A DNA stretch of 64,000 nt, from NCBI RefSeq assembly GCF_006345805.1, contig NC_042997.1, positions 122,574,001 to 122,638,000 on the forward strand, in the 5' to 3' direction. Below are positions 38,903-51,221 of the stretch, piece by piece. Source of the DNA: Octopus sinensis (Eukaryota). Under the pieces are notes generated by a model. That model ran no database searches, was not told the DNA's origin, and worked only from the letters and a program-made list of their open reading frames with translations. The translations under genes were made by a program, and so were the position numbers. Numbering within the stretch: the stretch's first letter is position 1; every line of letters begins with the position of its first letter.

Positions 38903-39783
38903 TACATGGTCTGATCAATAAGTATCCGGACTGTTGCTATAGTAACGAAGCTAAAACGCGGTGAGTAAAGGTGCTTGGCAAAGAATGACCTTAAACACAG
39001 TTGTGCAAGCGCACTAAGTCTTAACATTCTAGCTTACCTTCGCAGATTACAGCATTGCTTGGAAGGAAGGCGTGTAGAGTGTGATTGTCGTATTGACAAT
39101 GGCAGAGAAATTTGAGCAGATAATCTACATCAAATTTTGCCAAAAGCTTTGGTGATATCTACTCAGAGTCCAACACTAACTTTTTAAACTGTTTCCATCG
39201 TTCTCGACACAATAAAGGAGATCTTGAGCAACTGAAATCCGAGTGTCTTTTTGGTCATCGGAAAGAAGCTTTGACACACACTTGGCAGACACGCGTCTCT
39301 TACCCAAATTTTCAGTGTGATAATGGACTGAACTGAACCGTAACTAATTTGTTTGCACATACTCTGATAACACACGGATGGTGATTTGATGATTTCTCCT
39401 CACAGCTGCATGCATATCTGCGATGTTTTTCTCAGTTCTGCTGATTGGGGTCTCCGAGAACGTTCGTCAATATCGACATTTTTCTGAACCACTCGTACAC
39501 TTGTGCATATCTCATACACTCCTATCCATACTCTTTCTGCAACATTGCGTAGGCCTATGAGACGGTATGATCACTTTCTCTGTCATAGTAAATGCGACAA
39601 TAACACGCTACACACATTCATTCCAAGCACTGTTGTAAATAGCAGATGTGAGCTAGAACGTTAAAACTTAGTGCGCATACACAGCAGAGCTCAAGGTCAA
39701 TCAGTGCCTAGCGGCTTTGACTTTACGTGCTTCCGCTTCATTACTATGAAAACAGTCCTAATGCTTATTGATCAGACCTTGTA
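38903..39783. mobile_element. Mariner-derived element made of two inward-facing 5' ends
   Basis: Both ends read TA-CA(T/A)GGTCTGATCAATAAG..GGACTGTT; ~205-bp inverted similarity up to the transposase ATG (39099 plus, 39586 minus); plus-strand start MAEKFEQ..YIKFCQK; minus-strand HTH relic to ~39170. Confidence 0.8.
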
Positions 39784-40465
39784 TTTATTCATATATGTAT
39801 TAATATCTCCACATTTAGTGCCCATTGGCATCCGTTCATTACCCACAACTACAGTAAACTGATCTACATAAACAATTCATTGAGTGCTACTGTCATAAAA
39901 CCAGAAAGATGAAATTCTTGCTCTTCTTTCCAAACGTAGGTTTCTTTAAGGTTTCCTTTCAAGTTGCTTGCAATTACTCTTTGTGATGACTATCACAGTT
40001 TGCTAATAACCATTCGAGAACAGAAAGCAAAAGCCAGACTCGTCTTAAAATGTTAATTCTACATTTCTAGATCTTGTAAGATATAATCTGAAGCTTCAAA
40101 TGTCTGTCTATAAAATGCACTCATGTGATATGTCTATCTCAGCCTATTACATAACTTCCGATGATCGAGATCAATTGTCAATACTGAATTTGGCAATGCT
40201 TTTGTGCAACGTTAAGTTGAGGCCATTTGGTCAATTGAATCACATTTAGAAAATAAAACAACAATAACAACAACAGTATACTTGACTGAGCAAAATGTTG
40301 AGCCACAATAAGGTTGATTAATATAGATTTGTTGCATATGTTAGAAACTTCGAGAATACTATCCTTCTTCAAGCAAAAATCATCAGTAAACTCTCGATTG
40401 AGAATTGCAGCTCCAAATACATTAGCATCTGAAGTTCACGATGTCAAGAGTAATGTGTCAATTAT

Positions 40466-40951
40466 CTCTTTACTTGTTTCAGTCATTTGACAGCTGCCAT
40501 GCGGGTGCAAATCGACTTCAGGACTTTATTCTTTGGAAGCCTAGTACTTATTCTATCGGAGTCTTTTGCCGAAACGCTAGGTTACGGGGACGTAAACACA
40601 GACACAAACATATACACACACATACATTCGTAATTATATATATATATATGTATATATATGTATGTATATATATATATGTGTATATATATATACATACATA
40701 TACATATATATATATACATACATGTATATATACACATATATATATATGTATATATATATATATACATGTATATATATATATATGTACATATATACGACAG
40801 GCTTCTTTCAGTTTCCGTCTACCAAATCCACTCACAAGGCTTTGGTCGGCCCGAGGCTAATGTAGAAGACACCTGCCCAAGGTGCCACTCAGTGGGACTG
40901 AAGCCGGAACCATGTGGTTGGTAACCGAGCTACTTACCGCACAGCCACTCT
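40466..40951 (-). mobile_element. tRNA-derived SINE family B with internal (TA)n
   Basis: Reverse complement of the 42569 copy: GAGTGGCTGTGCGGTAAGTAGC head, GCACCTTGGGCAGGTGTCTTCTAC, 3' GATAGAATAAGTACTAGGC block. Confidence 0.92.
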
Positions 40952-41128
40952 TCAGTGCCAGAATTTGGAGAGGAGAGGATATATCTGTACATGGAAAAAG
41001 CTAATTGTAGTGGTGCATGCGTTACACGACATTTGTCTAATAGAGCATGTGTCCAGTTTGTCACAACATGACATCAGTTTGGATGGGCATGCCCGGGCTT
41101 ACTTTCTCGTAATTTACTACACAATAAC

Positions 41129-41544
41129 GCGGCGAGCTGGCAGAAACGTTTGGACGCCGAACGAAATGCTTACCGATATTTCGTCTGCCGTTACGTTCTA
41201 AGTTCAAATTCCGCCAAGGTCAACTTTGCCATTTATCCTTTTGGAGTCGATAAATTACGTACCAGTTACGCACTGGGGTCGATGTAATCGACTTAATCCG
41301 TTTGCCTTTCCTTGTTTGTCCCCTCTGTGTTTAGCCCCTTGTGGGTAGTAAAGAAATAGGTATTTCGTCTGCCGTTACGTTCTCGGTTCAAATTCCGCCG
41401 AGGTTGACTTCGCCTTTCATCCTTTCGGGGTCGATAAATTAAGTACCAGTTACTCACTGGGGTCGATATAATCGACTTAATCCCTGTGTCAGTCCTTGTT
41501 TGTCCCCGCTGTGTTTAGTCCCTTGAGGGCAATAAAGAAATAAG
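41129..41544 (+). mobile_element. SINE family A, tandem dimer (complete unit plus 184-bp headless unit)
   Basis: 41177-41360 is repeated at 41361-41544 with roughly 10% divergence by eye. Confidence 0.9.
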
Positions 41545-42568
41545 TAATTTACTATACAATAAGATTGTGAGCGAAAACAGTCAGTTACGAAGAGACTTTC
41601 CTAAACACGAGGTTATGTTTCTGCTACACATGTGGTCAACCTCGAAACACGATCCTGCCATTTATCGCGCTCTAGTATCCTCTTTAACAGTAAGAGAAAA
41701 AATATATTTAAGCGATATAAATCTATATCTTTTTCTCGAAATGTGTGTGTGTTTGTGTGCGTGTGTGTGTGTGCGTGTGTGCGTATTCGTGTATGTGTTT
41801 GTGCGTAAGTGTGTTCAAATATACAGGGACTAAAACAAACCTAGATGCATAGACTTACATACATTTACATAAATGTGTGCTTATGTCTCCTTCAATAATA
41901 TTTGAAGATGTATATTTGCTTTTCTAAGATGCACGATAATTTACAGGAGCAAAAGATTGTGTCATGATAAATTATAAATGATTGTTGCAACTTGTCATCA
42001 TGTGAAACTCTTCTGAATATTTTTTGTGTAATTTTTATGTGGTTTAGATTACACATAATGATTTGTGGATCATGTAACTCAATTGATAATAGCTTTTCTT
42101 AGCGTACAGAAAATGTACTTCGACAATGTGTATTTATGATGTCAACTTCGGCACACTAAGATGCTAACTTTCTTTTACGGCTGTTTATACGCTGTCGTTT
42201 CATCATTTATCATCCATTTATAACTAATGCCTTTTAACCTCGATAATCTAAGACATCGGACACTATGATTGCTCAGAAACGATAGACACGACCGTTATCA
42301 TTGATATGAAATAGTTCAAATCGTAAATTATCATGATACTATAAACGCCCGATTCCTACTAAACCCATTCCCATTTCTTATATTTATAGCCTAAATATTC
42401 TATATCATTTGAGTCCTTCAGAAAATTGTCATTTACATTGCCTCCTTTCTGTGAAATGACACATACACACACACACACACACATACACATATATATATAT
42501 AGGGTCATCATATAAATAATGTTTTTTAAAAATATTTCTCTTATTTTTCCCAAATTAAGATAAACAAA

Positions 42569-42730
42569 GGCGCGGGAGTGGCTATGTGGTAAGTAGCTTG
42601 CTTACCAACCACATGGTTCTGGGGTCAGTTCCACTGCGTGGCACCTTGAGCAAGTGTCTTCTACTTTAGCCTCGGGCCGACCAAAGCCTTGTGAGTTGAT
42701 TTGGTAGACGGAAACTGAAAGAAGACCGTC

Positions 42731-42824
<94 letters not shown>

Positions 42825-43036
42825 TTGTGTGTCTGTGTTTGTCCCCACACCACATTGCTTGACTGACGATGCTGGTGTGTTTACGTCCCCGTAACTTAGC
42901 GGTTCGGCAAAAGAGACCGATAGAATAAGTACTAGGCTTACAAAGAATAAGTCCTGGGGTCTATCTGCTCGACTAAAGTCAGTGATCCAGCATGGCCACA
43001 GTCAAATGACTGAAACAAGTAAAAGAGTTAAGAGTA
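42569..43036 (+). mobile_element. tRNA-derived SINE family B with internal (TA)n(TG)n
   Basis: GGCGCGGGAGTGGCTATGTGGTAAG (A-box-like), GGTCAGTTCC (B-box-like), CORE-like GCACCTTGAGCAAGTG, microsatellite, conserved 3' block, AAAGAGT tail. Confidence 0.92.
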
Positions 43037-43088
43037 AGATTAAAGTATTTAAATCTAGAATATACTCTCTTTACTTTTCTACAATGAT

Positions 43089-43647
43089 CCTCCATCTATT
43101 TGGTAGACTTGCAAAGCTCCTCTTCTAAAATTCAATTGCAGCAATATCCAGCGAACTTCGTGGGTGGGGCATCGTTTCCCATTCAAACTGCTCCAGCCTT
43201 TCGAATGCCAACCCCGCTGTATGTGGCCGAACATCCTGATGGAATAAAACCTTTCGTCTTAAAAACAATGATGGTCGTTTTTCTTCTAGCGCTGACTTAA
43301 GCCGCTCAGAGTAGATATCCTTTGTTATCGTTTGGTTTGGGGTTCAATTTCAAAGTGGACGAAACCTTTCAAAGACCACCAAAGAGATAGGGATTCTCTA
43401 CATGGATGAAAACCTTCTTTAACCTGGAGTGCCGCTGTTTCTCCGTCCCTACCACTGCCTTAGGCGCTTGACAGTTTTATTGAAAACCAATTTCTCGTCA
43501 CCAGTATTAGTCGGCGCAAAAAAGGTTCATTCGCGAGTCGTGGCAACAAAGAAGAGTACACTTCACTCTCTGCGCGCGATTAGACTCGGAACTTTTGTGA
43601 GGAATCCATTGAACCAATTTGCTGTCTCTTTCGATGAAACGAAATGA

Positions 43648-43650
<3 letters not shown>
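43089..43650 (-). pseudogene. Mariner (DD34D) transposase remnant
   Basis: Minus strand: QWIPH, TGDEK, QTITKDIYSE..LEEKRP..RRKVLFHQD.RPH, EWETMPHP.SSLDIA, SLPNRW. Stops, frameshifts and an internal deletion. Confidence 0.85.
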
Positions 43651-43680
<30 letters not shown>

Positions 43681-43739
43681 AGCCATTTCAGTGAAATGAG
43701 AGTATATATATATATATATATATAAATATATATATATAA

Positions 43740-44160
43740 ATGTCCTGCAAACATGCTGAATTAAACAACACAACACATGCTCTTAATCCCTTTGGATCTT
43801 AACACCTCAAGGTAATTTTTTCGTGAACAATCATAAAACTCAAGATACACAACGAACTCACAATGTATCGGAGTACTTATTTTTTAATTTTTGTACATTT
43901 TTATCATTATTCTTTTACAAAAAACAATGCAATTTTCTTTTTTCTCCTTTCTAATTAAAAAAAAACTTTTTTTAAAACATAAATATTCTTGACAAGTCAT
44001 ACAATGACGAAAACCGGTTGAATAAATATATATTTATATATTTTATCAATTTCTCATTTTATTAAAATTTTTCTTCATTTGAGCATTCTGCATTTATAAA
44101 AAATTTTTCCTTACTTATCATTTCTCCACGTGCGGTCAACACAACCCCACCATTTATTGA
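43740..44160 (+). mobile_element. PLE 3' remnant (ORF end plus pLTR) with decayed HHR
   Basis: HALNPFG(fs)LNT resembles the P.GLN end of PLE GIY-YIG ORFs; HHR relic at 43984-44024; (TA)n on both sides. Confidence 0.6.
43984..44024 (+). ncRNA. Decayed minimal hammerhead ribozyme
   Basis: TATTC TTGACAA GTCA-TACAA-TGAC GAAA ACCGGT T GAATA: all three stems pair, but the core differs from CUGANGA at C3 and G8. Confidence 0.6.
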
Positions 44161-44181
44161 TCTATATATATATAATATATA

Positions 44182-45461
44182 TATATAGGTAAACAGTAAA
44201 AATAATTACAGACATGGACAAGAACATGAAACACCACAGAGACGACACAAGAACCACAGGACGGGACATTCGAAGCCCTCAGTCATCAGTCAAGAACCAG
44301 ATCATCTTAGCAATTTCGGCTGATTAATCTTGAGATTGCTCCGATATGGCCAGCCAGCCAAGGGACATCTAAGCTAAGCGCATTAGATCCCCTGGAAGAA
44401 AGCTTCGAATGTATACAACGCGAGGACGGAAAACGAACGAAGTACATAAACAAAAATACAGAATACGTGACACCAATAAGAATACAAAAACGTAAAACAA
44501 TAACGGTAAAAATAAAAATAAAAAATAATAAACAACAAAACAAAACCAGGACGTGGGACAAGGGTCTTTCGACAGGACGAGTTAAGTATGGGGCTGGCTT
44601 GTGAAGTTGTGCCTAATGGCCACGGGGAGACGAACAAATACGTGTTGCTTCTGCGGCTGCTGAAAACGAAAAGAGCGCTCAACGGCGGCTAGCTGTCACG
44701 TGAGAACAGAAGACAGGAGAAAGGGACAGATGAAAAGAGAGAGAAGGTGACGAGGGAGGAGAAGAAAGAGACAGATCGAGGGGGCTGGAGGTGAGAGAGA
44801 TAGAGAAACGTAGAAGGGGGGGAGACGGATGGAGAGGGAAAGAAAGGAAGGGGAATAAGGAGGAGAGAGAGAGAGAAAAAGAGACAGATTAAGAGTCGTA
44901 TCAATGCTAGAGAAAAAAATACTTATCGTATATAAGGTCAATTGTGGATACGTAGCCGCCGATTATATAGGTAAACAGTAAAAATAATTACAGACATGGA
45001 CAAGAACATGAAACACCACAGAGACGACACAAGAACCACAGGACGGGACATTCGAAGCCCTCAGTCATCAGTCAAGAACCAGATCATCTTAGCAATTTCG
45101 GCTGATTAATCTTGAGATTGCTCCGATATGGCCAGCCAGCCAAGGGACATCTAAGCCAAGCGCATTAGATCCCCTGGAAGAAAGCTTCGAATGTATACAA
45201 CGCGAGGACGGAAAACGAACGAAGTACATAAACAAAAATACAGAATACGTGACACCAATAAGAATACAAAAACGTAAAACAATAACGGTAAAAATAAAAA
45301 TAAAAAATATAAACAACAAAACAAAACCAGGACGTGGGACAAGGGTCTTTCGACAGGACGAGTTAAGTATGGGGCTGGCTGTGATGTTGTGCCTAATGGC
45401 CACGGGGAGACGAACAAATACGTGTTGCTTCTGCGGCTGCTGAAAACGAAAAGAGCGCTCA
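44182..45461 (-). repeat. Young head-to-tail repeat: one 782-bp unit plus a 498-bp partial unit, non-coding
   Basis: 44182-44681 is nearly identical to 44964-45461; one end abuts (TA)n; no credible ORF. Confidence 0.92.
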
Positions 45462-45908
45462 GGGTGGCGAATACACGTTATAAATATCAACACCAGTGGC
45501 CTAGCATGTATAAAAAGTCAATAGACAACATATTCGTATTTCAAAATAGAAAATTACCCTTTAACAGGTAATTTTTACATGCTAGAAATAGCAGCAAACA
45601 CGGCTGAAAACCACAATTTTATAGCAAATTTCGAAGTACATGAAAAATAAAAACCTTTACCTTGCTATATAACGGTTATACCAATGGTTTCAAATTTCTT
45701 TACCAAATAATATTGCTTGCCATCTTTTAATAGATAATTTAGCAAGACCACATTATCTACCAGGCGAATTCTCGTCAGTAACCGGCCAAAACAAAGGTTT
45801 TATTTTTCCTGTACTTCGCTATAAAATTGTGGTTTTTGACCGTGTTGGCTGGTATTTCTAGCATGTAAAAATTACCTGTTAAAGGGTAATTTTCTATTTT
45901 GAAATACG
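45462..45908 (-). mobile_element. Small inverted-arm element abutting (TA)n
   Basis: Arms ~45535-45660 and ~45793-45908; outer 56 bp perfectly complementary; ~73-bp extension on the left arm. Confidence 0.75.
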
Positions 45909-45997
<89 letters not shown>

Positions 45998-46896
45998 AAT
46001 TGCAGTAAATTAAATGGTCACATATCAAAACAAAACGTTGTAGGTAAAACGAAACCAAACATGTTTTTCTGAAATTGCTATAACTGTTTAGTGGAAAATA
46101 GAAGCCGCTGCCATTCCACAGTATAAGGGGTTGGGTTTTCATAAAGGTTTCAATTGTGCCGTGAATAGATTAAAGATTGAAAACTCCCAATATAAAGAAA
46201 TAAATGAGATTCGAATCTTTGTGTGTGTATGCATGTATACATTCATACACACATACATATTTGCATAGATGTGTGCGTATGTGTTTGTGCATATGTGTGA
46301 GTGTTTATATGTAAGTATTTACATTAGTTCAAATATGTTTTGGTCATATTTGACCTGAATAAAGGCCGTATTCTGTGCTCTTTGCCGTAGAGAACAATTC
46401 TCACTTTAGGGGATAGACAAACAGTGTTAAACTCAAACAGTCACTTCAGGGTCACGGAGCGCTGAATGCATTATATTAATGTCATATTATTTCAATTCAT
46501 AAATTTGAATAAGTTGAAACTATGGTGGGCGGAAAGTGCGCCAAGAGAAAATTCTTTCATAGAATTACTAAAACAAATGCTACTGGCTATTTTCAATAAT
46601 GGACGCGTGTACGTATTGAAGGGGGCGTAAATACGCGTAATGGAGGAGGTGAGTGGAAATATTAATTTGTGAGTACTCGTTTCATATAAACTTATATATA
46701 TATATATATATATAATTCATATACACAAAACAATACATGCTACAATGCACTAGCTCACAAATATATTAGATAGATGCATAATTATATAAACATACATAGT
46801 TGTATTTGTTTTGAGTAAGTGTATTAGTATGTTAAAATACATATTCATAAGATCAAACACACCTATACAAACACACAAATATAATTAATTCAATTA

Positions 46897-48285
46897 TAAG
46901 GCGTTATCAAAAGGTTCCCGGATTAGCTATGTAGCACGCCAACAGATGGCGGCACACGGTTACATGAGTAAAGACAGACAGTAGTGACTTCCTTACGGCA
47001 GTGTGCCGAGCAACGTTGCTGTGTTTACTTCGCCAGTGGTGACATTTGTGTTTTGGTGATCATGTGTATGCCGTAGTCTACGATTTTGACATAGACAGAA
47101 AGTTGGAACAAAGAGCCAATGTGAAATTTTGTGATAAACTTGGCACGTCTGCTACAGAGACATTGAACATGCTTCAGCAAGATTAGGGCAACGAGACAAT
47201 TTGTCATAAGCTATGTTTAAACTGGTACGGGCACTTCAAAAGCAAAAGAGTGTCCCTGGAAGACGATGTGTGATGTGGAAGGACTATCACAAACGTCACC
47301 CCGGGAAATGTGAAGAAAGTTCACCAGATTTTGAATGAGGATTGTCGGAGAACAATCAACGATATTGCAGATGTAGGTTTGTGTTATGGGTCCATGCAGG
47401 CAATCCTAACGTTATAATTGAATATGCAGCATATCTCTGCCAAGTCTCCCCACGCCTGCTGACAAGTGAGCAGGAAGAACATCGTGTCGAAGCCTGTCAA
47501 GATCTCCGTCAATGTGCCGGTGATGACATAGACAGAAAGTTGGAACAAAGAGCCAATGTGAAATTTTGTGATAAACTTGGCACGTCTGCTACAGAGACAT
47601 TGAACATGCTTCAGCAAGATTAGGGCATCACTGATGAGGGGAGCTGCATCAAGAGGTACGATCCTGAGACAAAGAAACAGTTGTCACAATGGAAGAGCCT
47701 TTCATCTCCAGCACCGAGGCAGTCACGATAGAGCTGCAGATCAATCAAGAGCATGCTCAACGTCTTTTTAGCATCCGCGGTATTGTGCATTGAGAATTTG
47801 TCCCTCAGGGCGAAAACGTCAGGCGAGTTCTAGTGCGATGTTTGGAAACGTTCGAGAGAGGACATTCGGCGAAAGCCACCGGATCTGTGGAGCGCGGAAG
47901 AATTGGATTTTTCACAACGAAAATGCACGCTGTCACCGAGGTCTCCTCACCCGTGAGTTTCTCGCCAAGAACAGCATTGTATCGCTTCCGCATCTACCCT
48001 ATTTCACAGATTTAGCTCATGCAGATTTCCATCTGTTCGGTAAGATGAAAAGGCAGCTCAAACGACGCCGTTTTAACACTGTTGTCGAGATCAAGAACGG
48101 ATCGGTGAAGGTCCTCGCCTCACCTACGAAAAACAGCTTTCAGGCCGGATTAAAAAAATGGTAGCAATGCTGGGACCGGTGTATTGGTGCGCAAGGTAAC
48201 TATTTCGAATGGGATTATATTAAAACGTAGGTAAATAACATTTTTTTCCTTAAATATAACTAAACCTGGAACAGACTTTTTTACG
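46897..48285 (+). mobile_element. Mariner element, near full length, decayed
   Basis: 5' TIR-like TAAGGCGTTATCAAAAGGTTCCCGGAT; EQRANVKFC.KLG.SATET; YDPETK..SQWK; WIFHNENARCH; PHLPYFTDLAHADFHLF.KMK..LK.RRF; W.QCWDRCI..QG.YFE; degenerate 3' TIR near 48259. Confidence 0.9.
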
Positions 48286-49920
48286 TGTGTGTCTATGTAA
48301 GTGTATAAGCTTTTATAGTGTATATGTTGTTTTTTTTGGTGAAGGGGTAGCCATTTGCAGATAGAGTATTCTAGTCATTTTTTTAGATACATGACTGAAG
48401 TATGCCTTCGTTAACATTGTTGCTTCTCATTTGTAGTTACATTTAGAGTTTTGGTGCCTGAAGCTTGATATACGTTTAATTTTATATGAAGACGTTAACT
48501 TTGAATTGCCTGATCACTAAAACATTTGGAAACCATATGTATGTGATACTGCACCGTTTTTAGCTTGAATTCGTATTCTTTTCATTTGAAGTCCATATAT
48601 ATTTGGAAAGGGACGTTGAGTGTCATTTCTTTACCTCACGAAAGTAGGCATGGGTTATGTGCACCTGATTTGTATGTTTTTGCTACGAACACCACTTACA
48701 TTTTGTCGGTTTACTTTTCTTCTGATAGTGTTGCATTGTAGACTATTTCAATTTTAAAGTAGTATCCATGTAACTAGTAAGACTTCATTCTTCTGTAATT
48801 ATGACTTTGCTGTTGTATCTTACATGATTCTTGGTATGTGAAATTGTAATGTTTTTTTTTTAATCCTTTCTTTTAAATTGTACTGCTTCAGGCAACACCT
48901 ATATAATTCCTGCAGAATAATTTGAGATTGGTATATTACAGTTAGATAGAGTTTATTGATCAGAACGAGGAATATGTTCGCTACGGTAATATTTTCAAAA
49001 ATGGGAGAACCTTCAAAAACGAAGTATCACCCATGTGATCATAGACATTCATTTATATATATAAATGGATTGTCTGGTATTGTCCTTTCTCACAAGAGTG
49101 CTCTTGCTCAAAAACTCCTTAAATTACTTCGTAATTTATAAAAGTATTTTTCTTTTTTTTTATCTTAAGCCTTGCATACCTTCATAGTAGAAATGTATTT
49201 AAGCATTTTAAAGAAAAAGACAGAATAGTTGAATCAAAAATTTTATTTGTCAATGAGCAGAAAATTCACGTTACAATTAGTCTCTACAAGAATTATTTAA
49301 GAGTCATCAATGAATTTGTATCTTACATTTGTCTACAGTAACTTAAAGATAGTCTATAACTTACTCAGAGTTAGGCGGGCTCATCCTGCTTCTCTAATAC
49401 TCTTAACGCTGCATGCAATGGAAGACGGACGTCTTTAACAGTGAACAACACCGAATTTGTACGAGGGTTTGGAATTTTAGAATGATTATGTTCACACATA
49501 CACACACAATCTTATTATTTCACTATATCTATCTCCCTCTTTATTTCTCTTTCACTCTATCTACCTCCCCCCTCTCTCTCTTTGTCTCCCTCTCTCATTC
49601 TCTATCACGCACACATTTTGACTTGTGAAACATGAGTTTTGTTTGTCGCTAGCAAAGAAAGGAGATAACTTTCATTCGTTTCTGCACATCTATGAAAGTT
49701 TTCACAGAAACATTAACCATATTTCTTCCGTGAGAAATAGTATTAATGAAAATTTTCTGTAGTAGGCAAAATACTGCATATTGAAACTGGTTTAAATGTT
49801 ATAGCACAATAACATTAACAAACTAATATCTAAACCACATATTCATAACATATTCTGTTTTGTAAATTAGACAAACCAATTCTCTTCGTATATATATATT
49901 CTATATATTGCTATAGTGAA

Positions 49921-50190
49921 GGCGTGAGGCCAAGTGGTTAGACCGTTGCACTTACAGTCGCTAGATCGTCGGTTCGATTTCTTGAATGGGCGGTGCGTTG
50001 CGTTCTTCAGCAAAGCACTTCATTTCACATTGCTCCAGGCCCTCTGCCGATCGGGGGTAGAGGTGGAATGTTGGCCTACTCAGCTAGCCACAGGGGTAGC
50101 GTCGTTTGAAGGCTAAACCAATGCAAAAAAGCATATTGTGACAAGATATGTGCAACAACGTCAGATAGCCTGGTCGGTCACGTGATCACT
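49921..50190 (+). mobile_element. tRNA-derived SINE family C (V-domain-like)
   Basis: GGCGTGAGGCCAAGTGGTTAG (A box), GGTTCGATTTC (B box), then TTCTTCAGCAAAGCACTTCATTTCACATTGCTCCAG. Confidence 0.7.
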
Positions 50191-51176
50191 TGTGATATAT
50201 TGAAATAAGCAGATAACATTCCGTGAACCCAAAACGTTTCATTTTTCTGAAATGAGATTCTAACAGATTCAGCAACAAACACTATCGACCTCTTTACTTC
50301 TGCCTATGGAAGGATGAAAGCAGTGCTACAATAACTTCGCTATATTTTACTGTGATGCTAAATTGCATGATTATTTAGAATCTGTTTTTAAATTAGATGC
50401 GCGAATTTCTGTTGGGACACACTACACATTTTGAAGCTCAGAATTCATTGATTGTAATACTTCAAGCTATCACCTCAAATATAATTTTACCTAATGCTTG
50501 TCAGATTTTATTGCAGTTTATTGAGTTTGGTAGTGTTTACGTTTATTTTGAAATATAAATATCCATTTAAATATAAATGAAGCTTATTCAAAGAATCTGA
50601 CTTCGAAATCTGCAATATGATGATAATCAGAAGAGAGAGAGCTTTATGTTCTTCCCAATTCCTAAGAGTGTAACTCAAGCAACATATATCTCTGATTGCA
50701 TTATTGAACAGAATTTCATTAGATAATATAAACTTACAGGCGATTCAGTTGAATGGGAAAGCCATAAAAGACATGCGAATGGAACCAAACAAGCTGAATA
50801 ATAGAATCGATGCTCGCAGCAGAGTTAGAATTGGATACAAATAGAAAGGATTATTGGCATGTATCAAATCAAGAGCGAAACTGATAAAATTGAGAATTTC
50901 GTGGAAATATTGGCGAAACAGAATACGATGCAAACGTCGATTAGTAATAAAGGAAGAATATGGAGAACGAAAGTTACTGTCATGTATTTGAATTAATGAA
51001 TGTAAAGATGGTTTAAAAGCAAGCCGGCGGATGTTATCAGAACAATAGTTCAAAGATAACACAGATACATAATACATTGGCTGATCGCGGGCGAAACAAC
51101 GCATTCATGATTTGTAATTTGATCTAACCGTTTAGCAGAGTTTAGATATTACATTACGGGGGAGGTTGCAATGTAT

Positions 51177-51221
<45 letters not shown>

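Noticed and set aside
46640-46655. ATG GAG GAG|GTGAGT as a possible micro first exon
   Set aside because: Too short to distinguish from chance, and no downstream partner exon was identified.
50745-51104. 119-aa hydrophobic ORF
   Set aside because: No family motif; composition is explained by the A-rich opposite strand.
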